Of a stretch of 30,147 nt of DNA, positions 17,558-26,286 are shown piece after piece. The notes below the pieces were generated by a model that ran no database searches, was not told the DNA's origin, and saw only the letters and a program-made list of their open reading frames with translations. The DNA lies in assembly GCA_001782975.1 (NCBI GenBank), contig MFQD01000018.1:9658-39804 (forward strand), written 5' to 3'. Both the position numbers and the translations under genes were made by a program. The number at the start of each line of letters is the position of its first letter. Position 1 is the first letter of the stretch. The stretch is from Candidatus Magasanikbacteria bacterium RIFCSPHIGHO2_02_FULL_50_9b (GTDB lineage: Bacteria > Patescibacteriota > Patescibacteriia > Magasanikbacterales > 2-02-FULL-50-9b).

Positions 17558-17647
17558 TAAGTTTGTTCGGGCATATTTTGATTAAATAAAAAGCATGAGC
17601 GAACGAGGGTCGCCATACCCTCTTCGCCAGTTTTAAAAAAATAATGC

Positions 17648-18349
17648 ATGAAAGAAGTAAGGATGATAAAAGATTTTAAAAAACTGCTTAAGGATTTTGA
17701 ACCGATGGTTAAGGATCCTGATTTTTTGCGCACCGGCCGGTCGATCACAAATTTTTCGTTAAGACCGAGAGAAGCATGGGCTAATTGGTTATTGTGCGCT
17801 GTTTTTCGAAAATTAAATGGAGATGAGGTAACTTTTTCTGATGATGATAAATGTGATGGAATAATAATAGATCGAAAAACTGGGCAGTGCGTCGAAACGG
17901 AGCATGTGGTTGCAATGAATTTTCCTGATCGAAAAAAACAGCTACCAAAGGGAGAGGCGCGTATCATTGAAGCGATTAATCAGAAAATACAGAGAGGGGT
18001 AGATTATGCTGAAGGTAAGTTTTTGGTTGTATTTTTTGACGGCACTGATTTATGGTATAGAAATAAAGTTAGAGAGGCGATAAATGGAAGACATAATTTT
18101 AGGGCTATCTATCTTGTTGGACACGCCACTTCTGGTCAAGACGGATATGTATATACCGTTACTGAGTTACATGAAACCTTCTCGGTTTCCTATAAAGTTG
18201 AGATAAGCGATGATTTTACAGATTTTCGTGTTTCAGAGATTAGAGATAATCCGATGGCGAAATATAAATTCATCAAATATTTGATAAACACCATGCGGTG
18301 GATTGCAGCAAAGCTGATTTGTTTCGGTCGGAGAAATCGCGGCAGCTGA
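17648..18349 (+). CDS. Hypothetical protein, possible PD-(D/E)xK-like nuclease fold
   Basis: 233-aa AT-rich ORF; DDKCDGIIIDR..VETEHV acidic pattern; fold call is weak inference. Confidence 0.55.
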   Translation: MKEVRMIKDFKKLLKDFEPMVKDPDFLRTGRSITNFSLRPREAWANWLLCAVFRKLNGDEVTFSDDDKCDGIIIDRKTGQCVETEHVVAMNFPDRKKQLPKGEARIIEAINQKIQRGVDYAEGKFLVVFFDGTDLWYRNKVREAINGRHNFRAIYLVGHATSGQDGYVYTVTELHETFSVSYKVEISDDFTDFRVSEIRDNPMAKYKFIKYLINTMRWIAAKLICFGRRNRGS

Positions 18350-18511
18350 CAAGGGGGACGGCGGATTTATTTTGCGAAGATTTTTTATCATGCGCGCGGG
18401 TGCTCTCATGTTTTTGATAGTACCATCGACACCCCTTCAAATCTCCCGTACACTTCCTTGCTAAGCGAACTCATTCGCTAGCAAACTACGGGGGTCACTC
18501 GATATGTGAAT

Positions 18512-18540
18512 TTGACCCTCGAAACATTTTCTGCTATAAT
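18512..18540 (+). promoter_or_regulatory. Strong sigma70 promoter
   Basis: TTGACC-17-TGcTATAAT. Confidence 0.85.
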
Positions 18541-18546
18541 GCATTT

Positions 18547-18753
18547 GTAAGAGTCACAACTTAATCCTTAGTGCCGGGACAATGGCACCGCTTAGATCCT
18601 GCCCGAATGGGCAAGGCAACCGGGGAAATCTGTCGGGAGCCAGATGGACTATAGCGACTAACTACAAAGTGGTTGGGAGATTTCATTCACAGCTGTGCGC
18701 CGAGTGGTGCGCGCGGCATGGTGGATTTAATTTCCGAGCCACCTTTATTTTTT
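18547..18753 (+). ncRNA. ssrS: Probable 6S RNA (about 200 nt)
   Basis: Own promoter and GGTGG/CCACC + T-run terminator; long-range rod pairing ATCC/GGAT, GTGCCG/CGGCAT, GCACCGCTT/GAGTGGTGC; CGGGAGCC and 3' GCGGCAT motifs resemble known 6S RNAs as I recall them. Confidence 0.55.
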
Positions 18754-18760
18754 GCGGCAT

Positions 18761-19543
18761 ATGTATACTGTAAATGTAGATGATTATTTCCACACACCTC
18801 TTATATCACCTGAAGATGTTGCGGAGCACCGACAAACTGCTGGGACGTTTGAGAGTTATGATGACGCGCTTGCGTATGCGCAAGGCATTGTGGAATCTGT
18901 GTATCGCGGGGCGTTGATTGCGGCTGAAGGCGATGATCAGATGATGGGGGTGTATTGGGCACATCATGGCGAGGATGCATGGATTTCTCCAGCCCTTGAT
19001 GGGCGTGAACGCTTTTCTGCGAGCGATTACTTCACACAATTGTGTGAGACGCCAGAACACCGTGCGAGTGTGCTCGTCCTTACGCGCATCCCGGGCATGC
19101 GCAAGGGCACGACGGACAAGCCCGCATACACGCATTCGTTTCATGTGCGGGATTTGCTCGAGGAACATGGATACGGTTTCGACGTTTGTCTGGCGGGGCT
19201 CCTGCATGACATTGTCGAGGATGGCGGCGTGTCTTTGGCGGAGTTGCGCGCGGCAGGGTTTAGCGAGCGCGTCGTTGGGCTCGTGGATTTGTGTTCGCAT
19301 GACGCGTCGATTGAGGGCAACGATGCGCGTTGGGTTGTTATGATTGCGCGATTGGTGCAGGCTGACGACTCCGATGCCTGGGCAATTAAGGTTGCGGATT
19401 TGCTGGATAATTTAAGGGATTCGGGGACGATGGAGGTGGAGTGGAGGGAGTGGATGATGGGAGTTAAGAGGGCGTTGATGGGGAGGGTGGCGAGGGGAGT
19501 GGAAGAATTTCTTGTAAAAAGCTTATCGAAGCTCCCTAATTGA
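18761..19543 (+). CDS. HD-domain protein, RelA/SpoT-type small alarmone hydrolase-like, with N-terminal extra domain
   Basis: PAYTHSFHV, AGLLHDIVED, IKVADLLDNL in the C-terminal 160 aa; about 100-aa unrelated N-terminal domain. Confidence 0.8.
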   Translation: MYTVNVDDYFHTPLISPEDVAEHRQTAGTFESYDDALAYAQGIVESVYRGALIAAEGDDQMMGVYWAHHGEDAWISPALDGRERFSASDYFTQLCETPEHRASVLVLTRIPGMRKGTTDKPAYTHSFHVRDLLEEHGYGFDVCLAGLLHDIVEDGGVSLAELRAAGFSERVVGLVDLCSHDASIEGNDARWVVMIARLVQADDSDAWAIKVADLLDNLRDSGTMEVEWREWMMGVKRALMGRVARGVEEFLVKSLSKLPN

Positions 19544-19550
19544 TAATGAC

Positions 19551-19826
19551 TTATTTGTTGTGTTTTTTATCGATGTAGTCCATTAGTTCATGTTTAGATT
19601 TTGATATTTCTGATTTTAATTCGGTTTTAAGAGACAGGATTAAATCAGCAGTCTCCTTTCGAAGCATAAGATTATATCTCAGGAATTCCATGATCTCATG
19701 ATGACCCTCTTTAAGGGCGTTCAGGCTTCTTTCAATCACGCAAAATTTAGTCGTAGCATTTGTAATGAATTGCTGTAAGACTATCCGTAAATTCAAAGAT
19801 CGTGACGAAACATCTGGGTTGTTCAT
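19551..19826 (-). CDS. Hypothetical coiled-coil protein
   Basis: LKTELKSEISKSKHELMDYIDKK, same style as 11127-11555. Confidence 0.55.
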   Translation of the reverse strand: MNNPDVSSRSLNLRIVLQQFITNATTKFCVIERSLNALKEGHHEIMEFLRYNLMLRKETADLILSLKTELKSEISKSKHELMDYIDKKHNK

Positions 19827-20322
19827 AAGACTAAAAAGATAAATTAAGCACCTTACTACTGGGTGCCATAATTATGGTATCTTGTCAATAGCAAGGGCTG
19901 TGGAAAACTAGGCATGCGATTTCAGACTTTGCTTTCTGCACTGGTTGGATAATTTTTTTGAGGTTTAAGAAGAGTAAACTTAGTGGACTTGACACAGATA
20001 TTGCAGTTTGATCTAAGCAAGCGCATACTATCAGAGTTCGTTGCACATCCCAATTTATTCTCTGTTTAGAGCCAGAGAAAGCGTCATTCAATCCTAATGC
20101 ACACAGGGGATTGACCATCAAAAGTGCTACCTTGCCGAAACGAGAGTTTCGTCGGGTGCTCTAACACTGCCGACGGACTGTTTAGACAGCGTGGGCAGGG
20201 TAGACGCTTTTGGTGGTTTTTCATTTTTCGCTTGACGATTCCCGACGGGTTTAGGAAGTATTTGACCGTCGGGAGCACTTAAGCTCCGAGTGACTGCCTT
20301 CGCAGTTGAAAATTACTGGTTT

Positions 20323-20463
20323 ATGCCATACATTTTCCGGAAGTGCACCACCATCAATGGCGTGTATCGCTGTAAGCGCAAAGGCGTATTTCGCTTTTGG
20401 GTGGATAGTGAAAAGCCAAACGATGGGAAACTAAAAGAGACCGACGAAAACGTCAGTCTCTAG
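20323..20463 (+). CDS. 46-aa small basic protein missed by the ORF track
   Basis: MPYIFRKCTTINGVYRCKRKGVFRFWVDSEKPNDGKLKETDENVSL; followed by a plus-strand terminator at 20473-20518. Confidence 0.5.
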   Translation: MPYIFRKCTTINGVYRCKRKGVFRFWVDSEKPNDGKLKETDENVSL

Positions 20464-20521
20464 TAGTTTCGCAATCAAAGCCGCCGTTGTTCTTAGCGGG
20501 ACGCGGCGGTTTTTGATTTGT
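20428..20521 (-). ncRNA. Predicted antisense RNA overlapping the 3' end of the 46-aa ORF
   Basis: Minus-strand TTGACA (20551-20556)-17-CACAAT (20528-20533); terminator hairpin 20436-20461 whose single C/A mismatch becomes G-U only on the minus strand, followed by UUUAGUUU. Confidence 0.5.
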
Positions 20522-20891
20522 TCGGGCATTGTGTATTAAAAGCGGTTTTTTGTCAAGTATGAAGTCGCCCGACTCCCAATGTATTGTTAGTATAACACAA
20601 GTTCTCTGGGGATAACACTATTGCCACATTTTATAACAAATCAGGATTAATGTTACTAAAATAGCTCCTAATAAGTATCCAATTTGTTTGAAATAGTGCG
20701 CAAGATCCCCTCGCACAAGATTGAGTAAACCTTTTGTTTCGTAGACTGATTGAAAAATAGCTTCTTGTGTTGTGTCTTGATTTTTTTCCATAGTACTTTC
20801 ACTATATCACACACGTATGTCTCTATAGGATAAGTGTTGAAAACTCTGTCACTATGGCATTTGTTTGCATTTTCAACTAATATTAGTCAGT

Positions 20892-21239
20892 ATGAATACT
20901 CTTGAAGATTTGACCGCCAAAATTACTACATTTCGAGATGCACGCGATTGGAAGCAATTTCATAATCCAAAAGATTTAGCATTATCACTAGTATTGGAGG
21001 CAGCTGAGGTCATGGAGCATTTTCAGTGGAAAAATGAAGATGAGATTAAAAAATATTTGGTTTCAAATAAAGCAGCTATTAGCGAGGAGCTTGCAGATGT
21101 CTTATATTGGGTGCTTTTGATGGCGTATGATTTAAATATCGATATTGGCACCGCAGTTGAAAATAAAATGCAGAAGAATGAAGAAAAATATCCAGTAGAA
21201 AAAGCAAAGGGGAAGCATACAAAATATACTGATCTTTAA
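20892..21239 (+). CDS. MazG-like nucleotide pyrophosphohydrolase
   Basis: FRDARDWKQFHNPKDLALSLVLEAAEVMEHFQW..EELADV..KYPVEKAKG. Confidence 0.92.
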   Translation: MNTLEDLTAKITTFRDARDWKQFHNPKDLALSLVLEAAEVMEHFQWKNEDEIKKYLVSNKAAISEELADVLYWVLLMAYDLNIDIGTAVENKMQKNEEKYPVEKAKGKHTKYTDL

Positions 21240-21242
21240 GAT

Positions 21243-23108
21243 ATGATCGTTTACCAGTCAACAAAGTTAGGGTTTTTAGAGGATGCTTCAAACGGAATTG
21301 AAGATGTAATAAGAGATCAAGTAAAAGAAAAATTGAATATTAATGTTCAGGTCGGTAGCAGTGAATATAATTCATGGAAAAACTCATTAGGAGATGCCAT
21401 GTATAAAGTGATGCAGACCAGTACAATTCCAGATGATTCAGGAGTTGCGATTGAATATTCAATTCCACGCACAAAAAATCGCATCGATTTTTTAATTACA
21501 GGACAAGACGACCATGGACATGAAAAGGTAGTTGTGATTGAATTGAAACAATGGACGAACACGCGCCTCACTGATAAAGATGCAATGGTAGAAGCGACTT
21601 TTAGGTATGGTCATATAAGTGAAGAGCTACACCCGTCTTATCAAGCGTGGTCCTATACAACTTTGCTTAATGGATTTAATGCAACAGTTTATAATGAAGG
21701 AATTCAATTAGAATCGTGTTCATACCTACATAATGAGATTGATGACAGTGTTATCAATCATGATTTTTATAAAAGCTACACAGATCAGTCTCCTGCGTTT
21801 TGTAAGGGTGATAAGGAAAAATTGCAAAAATTTATTGCTCAATACATTAAGTATGGAGATAATAAAAAAACATTATTTCGAATTGATAATAGTGCGATTA
21901 GACCATCAAAAGCATTAGCAGATAGTATTGCATCGATGCTTAAGGGTAACGATGAATTCATAATGATCGATGATCAGAAAATTGTTTATGAAACAGCTTT
22001 GTCCTTGGCTCGAAGTTCAAGTCATGAAAATAAAAATGTACTTATTGTAAATGGAGGTCCTGGAACCGGTAAATCTGTAGTCGCTATTAATTTATTGTCG
22101 GCTACCAAAAAAGGATTAAATGCACGCTATGTTACACGAAATTCTGCACCACGCTTAGTGTTTGAGTCAATGTTAACAAAAACTTTTAGGAGAACAGAGT
22201 TTTCAAACTTATTTTCTGGTACCGGATCTTTTGTTGATGCTGATGCTAATGATTTTGACATTCTAATAGTTGATGAGGCGCATAGATTAACAGAAAAATC
22301 TAATTTTTTTGGTAAGGGCGATAATCAGATTAAGGAAATAATAAATGCAAGTAAGTTTAGCATTTTTTTCATTGATGAAGATCAGAAAGTGACGCTTAAT
22401 GATATTGGTGAAAAAGGTGAAATTCGTAAATTTGCTGAGCAGCAAGGTGCGAAGGTTACAGAAATGTCATTAGAATCGCAGTTTCGTTGTAACGGTTCTG
22501 ATGGGTATCTTTCATGGTTAGATAATACTTTACAAATTCGTGAGACCGCCAATATTATACTGGATGATAGTGACTACGAGTTTTGTATTTTTGATGATCC
22601 TCAAAAATTGCATGATTTTATCATTGAAAAAAACAAAGAAAAAAATAAAGCTCGAATGGTGGCGGGATATTGTTGGAAATGGATTAGTAAAAAACAGCCA
22701 TCGTTAAAAGATATTGTAATAGGCGATTATGCAGCAACTTGGAATCTGAATTCGCATGGTCAAACATGGATCGCACAGCCAGACTCAGTAACTGAGGTGG
22801 GGTGCATTCATACGGCACAAGGTCTTGAGGTTGATTATGTCGGGGTTATTGTCGGGCATGATCTTACTGTACGAAATGGTAAAGTAATTACCGATGTCAG
22901 CAAAAGAAGCGGAGGAGATAAATCAGTGCATGGTTGGAAAGGATTAATGAAAGAGGATCCTATTGGAACAAAAGCTCGTCTAGATGCAATTATAAAAAAT
23001 ACATACAGGACCTTGATGACTCGAGGAATGAAGGGGTGTTATGTGTATTTTACAGACAAGGAGACGGAGGAATTTTTTAGGAAGAATTTAGGTTTGAATA
23101 AAATATAA
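21243..23108 (+). CDS. DUF2075 (Schlafen group 3-like) nuclease-helicase
   Basis: N-terminal RIDFLITG..VIELKQW nuclease motif; Walker A GGPGTGKS; IVDEAHRL; QFRCNGS; GCIHTAQGLE; YRTLMTRGMKG. Confidence 0.9.
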   Translation: MIVYQSTKLGFLEDASNGIEDVIRDQVKEKLNINVQVGSSEYNSWKNSLGDAMYKVMQTSTIPDDSGVAIEYSIPRTKNRIDFLITGQDDHGHEKVVVIELKQWTNTRLTDKDAMVEATFRYGHISEELHPSYQAWSYTTLLNGFNATVYNEGIQLESCSYLHNEIDDSVINHDFYKSYTDQSPAFCKGDKEKLQKFIAQYIKYGDNKKTLFRIDNSAIRPSKALADSIASMLKGNDEFIMIDDQKIVYETALSLARSSSHENKNVLIVNGGPGTGKSVVAINLLSATKKGLNARYVTRNSAPRLVFESMLTKTFRRTEFSNLFSGTGSFVDADANDFDILIVDEAHRLTEKSNFFGKGDNQIKEIINASKFSIFFIDEDQKVTLNDIGEKGEIRKFAEQQGAKVTEMSLESQFRCNGSDGYLSWLDNTLQIRETANIILDDSDYEFCIFDDPQKLHDFIIEKNKEKNKARMVAGYCWKWISKKQPSLKDIVIGDYAATWNLNSHGQTWIAQPDSVTEVGCIHTAQGLEVDYVGVIVGHDLTVRNGKVITDVSKRSGGDKSVHGWKGLMKEDPIGTKARLDAIIKNTYRTLMTRGMKGCYVYFTDKETEEFFRKNLGLNKI

Positions 23109-23230
23109 AATGGAGGATGGTGGCGGAGATGCTAAGGCTATTTTAGTCCTATTGGCCCTCATCGATTCTAGGGCATCCTAAAAGTACTCACTGCACATAT
23201 AAAACTAATTCTGGCGAACCATTTTAGATA

Positions 23231-24481
23231 TTACTTTTCACGTCTCTGCTGGTATCTTTCTTTGGAGTTTTTTTTCTGAAGACTTACATGATATTGATGA
23301 AAATCATCGGCATCGCGTTCCGGTTCCAAGGACATAGCGGGCATACATCTCCCTCTGCGATAGGGTCCGACTAGATTTGCAAATTCTCCTTTGAACCATT
23401 GTAGTGTGTCATGCTCAGTACGATTTTTTGTCTCTTTGCTATAGTCAGGATCTCCAGGCAATCGGCCATATTCATCCATCGCTCCACCAGTTCCATCTTT
23501 ATTTCCCCAAAATACTTCACCTCCCCAATTAATAGGCCGTGGATCAGGCATTAATAAATAACCATGACCATATCTATTCCAATCTGATTTAGAGATGAAT
23601 TTTTCTGGATATAACCATTCTTTTCGAGCTGCAGCAATATATCTGTGTGCTCGACTTTTAATAATGAAATTTATTTCGCGCACTTCTTGTTCGTTAAGAT
23701 GTCTCAAAATTTGCACTTCAGTAAAATTAAAAATGGCGTTGCGTAATGGATTCGGATTTGGCCGCAAATTAGTTGCACATTGATATGGATTTCGCATCCA
23801 AGAAAGATTAGTCAGGATAAGTACCTTATTCATAGAGAGTGGAAAAATTGTATGTGTGCCCTGTAGCCAAATTTCTGGATCATTATATTCTTTGCATCGC
23901 CATGAGCGAGGCCCACACTCTCTGTTATAAACAGTAACTGGGTGATCAGAAATAATAAATTTTGTATCGGACTGTGATGCATCAGCAATAAGCCACACAC
24001 ATTCCGTCCAAATGGCACAATGCAACTGTCTTAATCTCATCATCTGTCTAAGAATAGTATGTTTATCGCGCGTACCGAATTTACTTCCCAAAAATGAAAG
24101 TCCTTTTGGGGTTCGAAGTTTCTGGGCACTCATGTACAATAAAATGTCCTGGAGAGATGTGCCCCAATATCTTGCCGGATGTTCATATTGCTCAAAGTAT
24201 TCAACCGCTGGCCCACCCTTTGCATCAATGGCACCAAAAAAATATTTTTCGATATCCCTTGTTTCAATTCCGCGAATCGTAGTTGTGTACAAATCATCAG
24301 CTGTAAAGCATTTTCTTACACCCTGCCACTTTAAAGGCTCTACAATATGCGATACGCCGCGAGGATCCACAAACGTATCAGGTTTCATGTCTAATTGAAA
24401 CAGATGATGCTCTCCTGGCAACAGGAACCGTTTTTGGTACCATTGTGGCACATAATGATGGTTTCGATACTCGTCTGACAT
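23231..24481 (-). CDS. DUF4238 domain protein
   Basis: NHHYVPQWYQKRF N-terminus, FIISDHPV, FPLSMNKVLIL. Confidence 0.85.
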   Translation of the reverse strand: MSDEYRNHHYVPQWYQKRFLLPGEHHLFQLDMKPDTFVDPRGVSHIVEPLKWQGVRKCFTADDLYTTTIRGIETRDIEKYFFGAIDAKGGPAVEYFEQYEHPARYWGTSLQDILLYMSAQKLRTPKGLSFLGSKFGTRDKHTILRQMMRLRQLHCAIWTECVWLIADASQSDTKFIISDHPVTVYNRECGPRSWRCKEYNDPEIWLQGTHTIFPLSMNKVLILTNLSWMRNPYQCATNLRPNPNPLRNAIFNFTEVQILRHLNEQEVREINFIIKSRAHRYIAAARKEWLYPEKFISKSDWNRYGHGYLLMPDPRPINWGGEVFWGNKDGTGGAMDEYGRLPGDPDYSKETKNRTEHDTLQWFKGEFANLVGPYRRGRCMPAMSLEPERDADDFHQYHVSLQKKNSKERYQQRREK

Positions 24482-24490
24482 GCAACTAAG

Positions 24491-24823
24491 TTAAAAATTT
24501 TCTTCAACATCTTGAATCATTTTCTCTTTAGTTGTAAAAGCATTTTTTCCATCAAACCGAATAAAGTGATCATTAATTTGTGCTCTCAAAGATTCTTTAG
24601 TTAAATTAGGACATTGACTTTTTACATCCTTGATCTCGTATTTACCTACAATATAAGATCCGCTACATGAATCAACAGTTGTAAGTGATCCATCGGTGAA
24701 CCAACTGTATACATACATTCCTAAAATTATTGCGACAACAATTAAGATATTTCCTAATTGTACAAATAGAGCCTTCAACTTTGGTGACATATATATAAAT
24801 ATACAGTATTTGTATTTTAACAC
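24491..24823 (-). CDS. Hypothetical single-pass membrane protein
   Basis: LGNILIVVAIILGMYVYSWF helix then small Cys-containing domain; true start possibly MSPKL. Confidence 0.55.
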   Translation of the reverse strand: MLKYKYCIFIYMSPKLKALFVQLGNILIVVAIILGMYVYSWFTDGSLTTVDSCSGSYIVGKYEIKDVKSQCPNLTKESLRAQINDHFIRFDGKNAFTTKEKMIQDVEENF

Positions 24824-24879
24824 AAATAAGCGTTTTTTAGTGTTTATTTAGTTCTATCAATTTTCATCGATTATCTAGC

Positions 24880-25413
24880 ACGCCCGTCGACATTAAATCC
24901 TCAAGCAAGCTCGATAAGAAACACAAATTGCAGCTGACACTCTACGCGAACATCCTGGAACACATGCAGGGAGTGTATCCGAGCGAAACCGCAATCATCA
25001 ATCGCGATCACGAGCGCATTCCGTTCACCATCACACCAAAAGACCGCGCGGAAACGCAGAAACAAATCACCAACATTCTTGCAGTGATGCATGGCGAAAA
25101 GCCGCCGCTGCGGCTCACATCGAGTTGCAAAAATAGTCCGTGGTATCACGAGTGCGTGCAGGAGGCGCAGGCGGCCGATGACATTGCGCTCATCTACAAT
25201 CTCGACGCGCGGTCACATGATGCGCTTCGGGGCGCAGGGGTGCACACGATACATGACGCAGCGCGCATGGACGTTGCTGGTTTGCCGAAAATTCCGTTTG
25301 CGAGCGCCGCGAAACTCGAACGTGCGCGCGAGCACGCACACACGGGCCACGTGCGCTTTGATCCTGACTCGACCCGCAATCCTTTCCCACAATTTTTTTG
25401 GATCCAACCTTAA
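24880..25413 (+). pseudogene. Internal fragment of a TM0106-like RecB-family nuclease
   Basis: In-frame PVDIKSSSKLDKKHKLQLTLYA (from 24883) with no upstream ATG before the stop at 24838; C..SPWYHEC, HhH-like LRGAGVHTIHDAA; ends before the expected RNase H-like domain. Confidence 0.75.
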
Positions 25414-25416
25414 TTT

Positions 25417-25695
25417 CTACGCCGCGCAGGCGCCATCCGTGTCACTACATGTTGCCACCGACACACTCGCCGCAACCGCCGCATCAAAACACGCGAGCGA
25501 GCACGCTCGATACTCGCCATATTGCTGCGCCGCCAACAGCGCCGAGCACTTCGCGTCCCAGCACATCCAAAATTGTTGTTTCTGATAGTAATTCAAATCG
25601 TTGTAGCTTGCGGCGTACGCAATAGACGCGGTCGTGCCAGCGGCAAGCAGAATGCCAACAAATAAACCGGCCACAAGTGGAAAGCGGGTGCGCAT
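25417..25695 (-). CDS. Secreted Cys-rich protein, probably 3'-truncated
   Basis: Signal peptide MRTRFPLVAGLFVGILLAAG..AYA; ends four residues after CSDTDG; promoter TTGACA (25741-25746)-17-CATACT. Confidence 0.6.
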   Translation of the reverse strand: MRTRFPLVAGLFVGILLAAGTTASIAYAASYNDLNYYQKQQFWMCWDAKCSALLAAQQYGEYRACSLACFDAAVAASVSVATCSDTDGACAA

Positions 25696-25833
25696 AGATG
25701 TGGAAGTAAGTAAGGGGAGTATGGCAAGGGGGCGGGGGGTTGTCAATCAGTTGACATCCTCGCGCCCCTGTTTTAAAATCCCCGCATTAATCACTCGCGC
25801 ATCACGCGTGCGGTAACTTACAAAGGGAGGGGT

Positions 25834-26235
25834 ATGTTTGGAATCATAGAAATTTTTTGTGCATGGTGCAGACAGAAAATTGCATTACACGTGGACGAAC
25901 GGCCGGCAAAATTTTTTAAGCAGGGCGAAGTGTGGTGGTGCCGTGTTGGCAAGAACGTTGGCGATGAAATATATGGCAAGGGAGAAAAGTTTGCGCGTCC
26001 TGTACTGATTTTTAAAAAATTAACACGCACCACATTTTTGGCGCTGCCAATCACGTCCTTGCCAAAAATTGGTACGTGGTATGTATCCTTTGAGCTCTCT
26101 GGCATTTTTCGATCCGTCTTATTAAATCAGGCACGCACGCTGGACTCACATCGCCTGCTGGGCAGAATTGGAACACTCACAGACGACGATGCCAAAAAAA
26201 TTCGCACAAGTTTTTTGGAATTTTATGCCACTTAA
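25834..26235 (+). CDS. PemK/MazF-like endoribonuclease toxin (orphan), paralog of 15282
   Basis: Colinear 133 aa, 76/133 identical to 15282-15683 by hand count; promoter TTGACA (25751)-17-TAAAAT. Confidence 0.87.
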   Translation: MFGIIEIFCAWCRQKIALHVDERPAKFFKQGEVWWCRVGKNVGDEIYGKGEKFARPVLIFKKLTRTTFLALPITSLPKIGTWYVSFELSGIFRSVLLNQARTLDSHRLLGRIGTLTDDDAKKIRTSFLEFYAT

Positions 26236-26286
26236 AAAAATCTGCCTCCGCTGGAGAGCGGAGGTCGGTGGGTAACCCCAAATTAT
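26234..26286 (-). ncRNA. Predicted convergent small RNA 4 (candidate antitoxin)
   Basis: Minus-strand TTGACA (26316-26321)-17-TATAGT (26293-26298); CCTCCGCT/AGCGGAGG terminator (26245-26264) followed by CAGAUUUUUUU on the minus strand. Confidence 0.65.

Noticed and set aside
20084-20278. Minus-strand 64-aa ORF with CPRC
   Set aside because: No second Cys pair, no clear start signal, and it overlaps the structured leader; not supported as coding.
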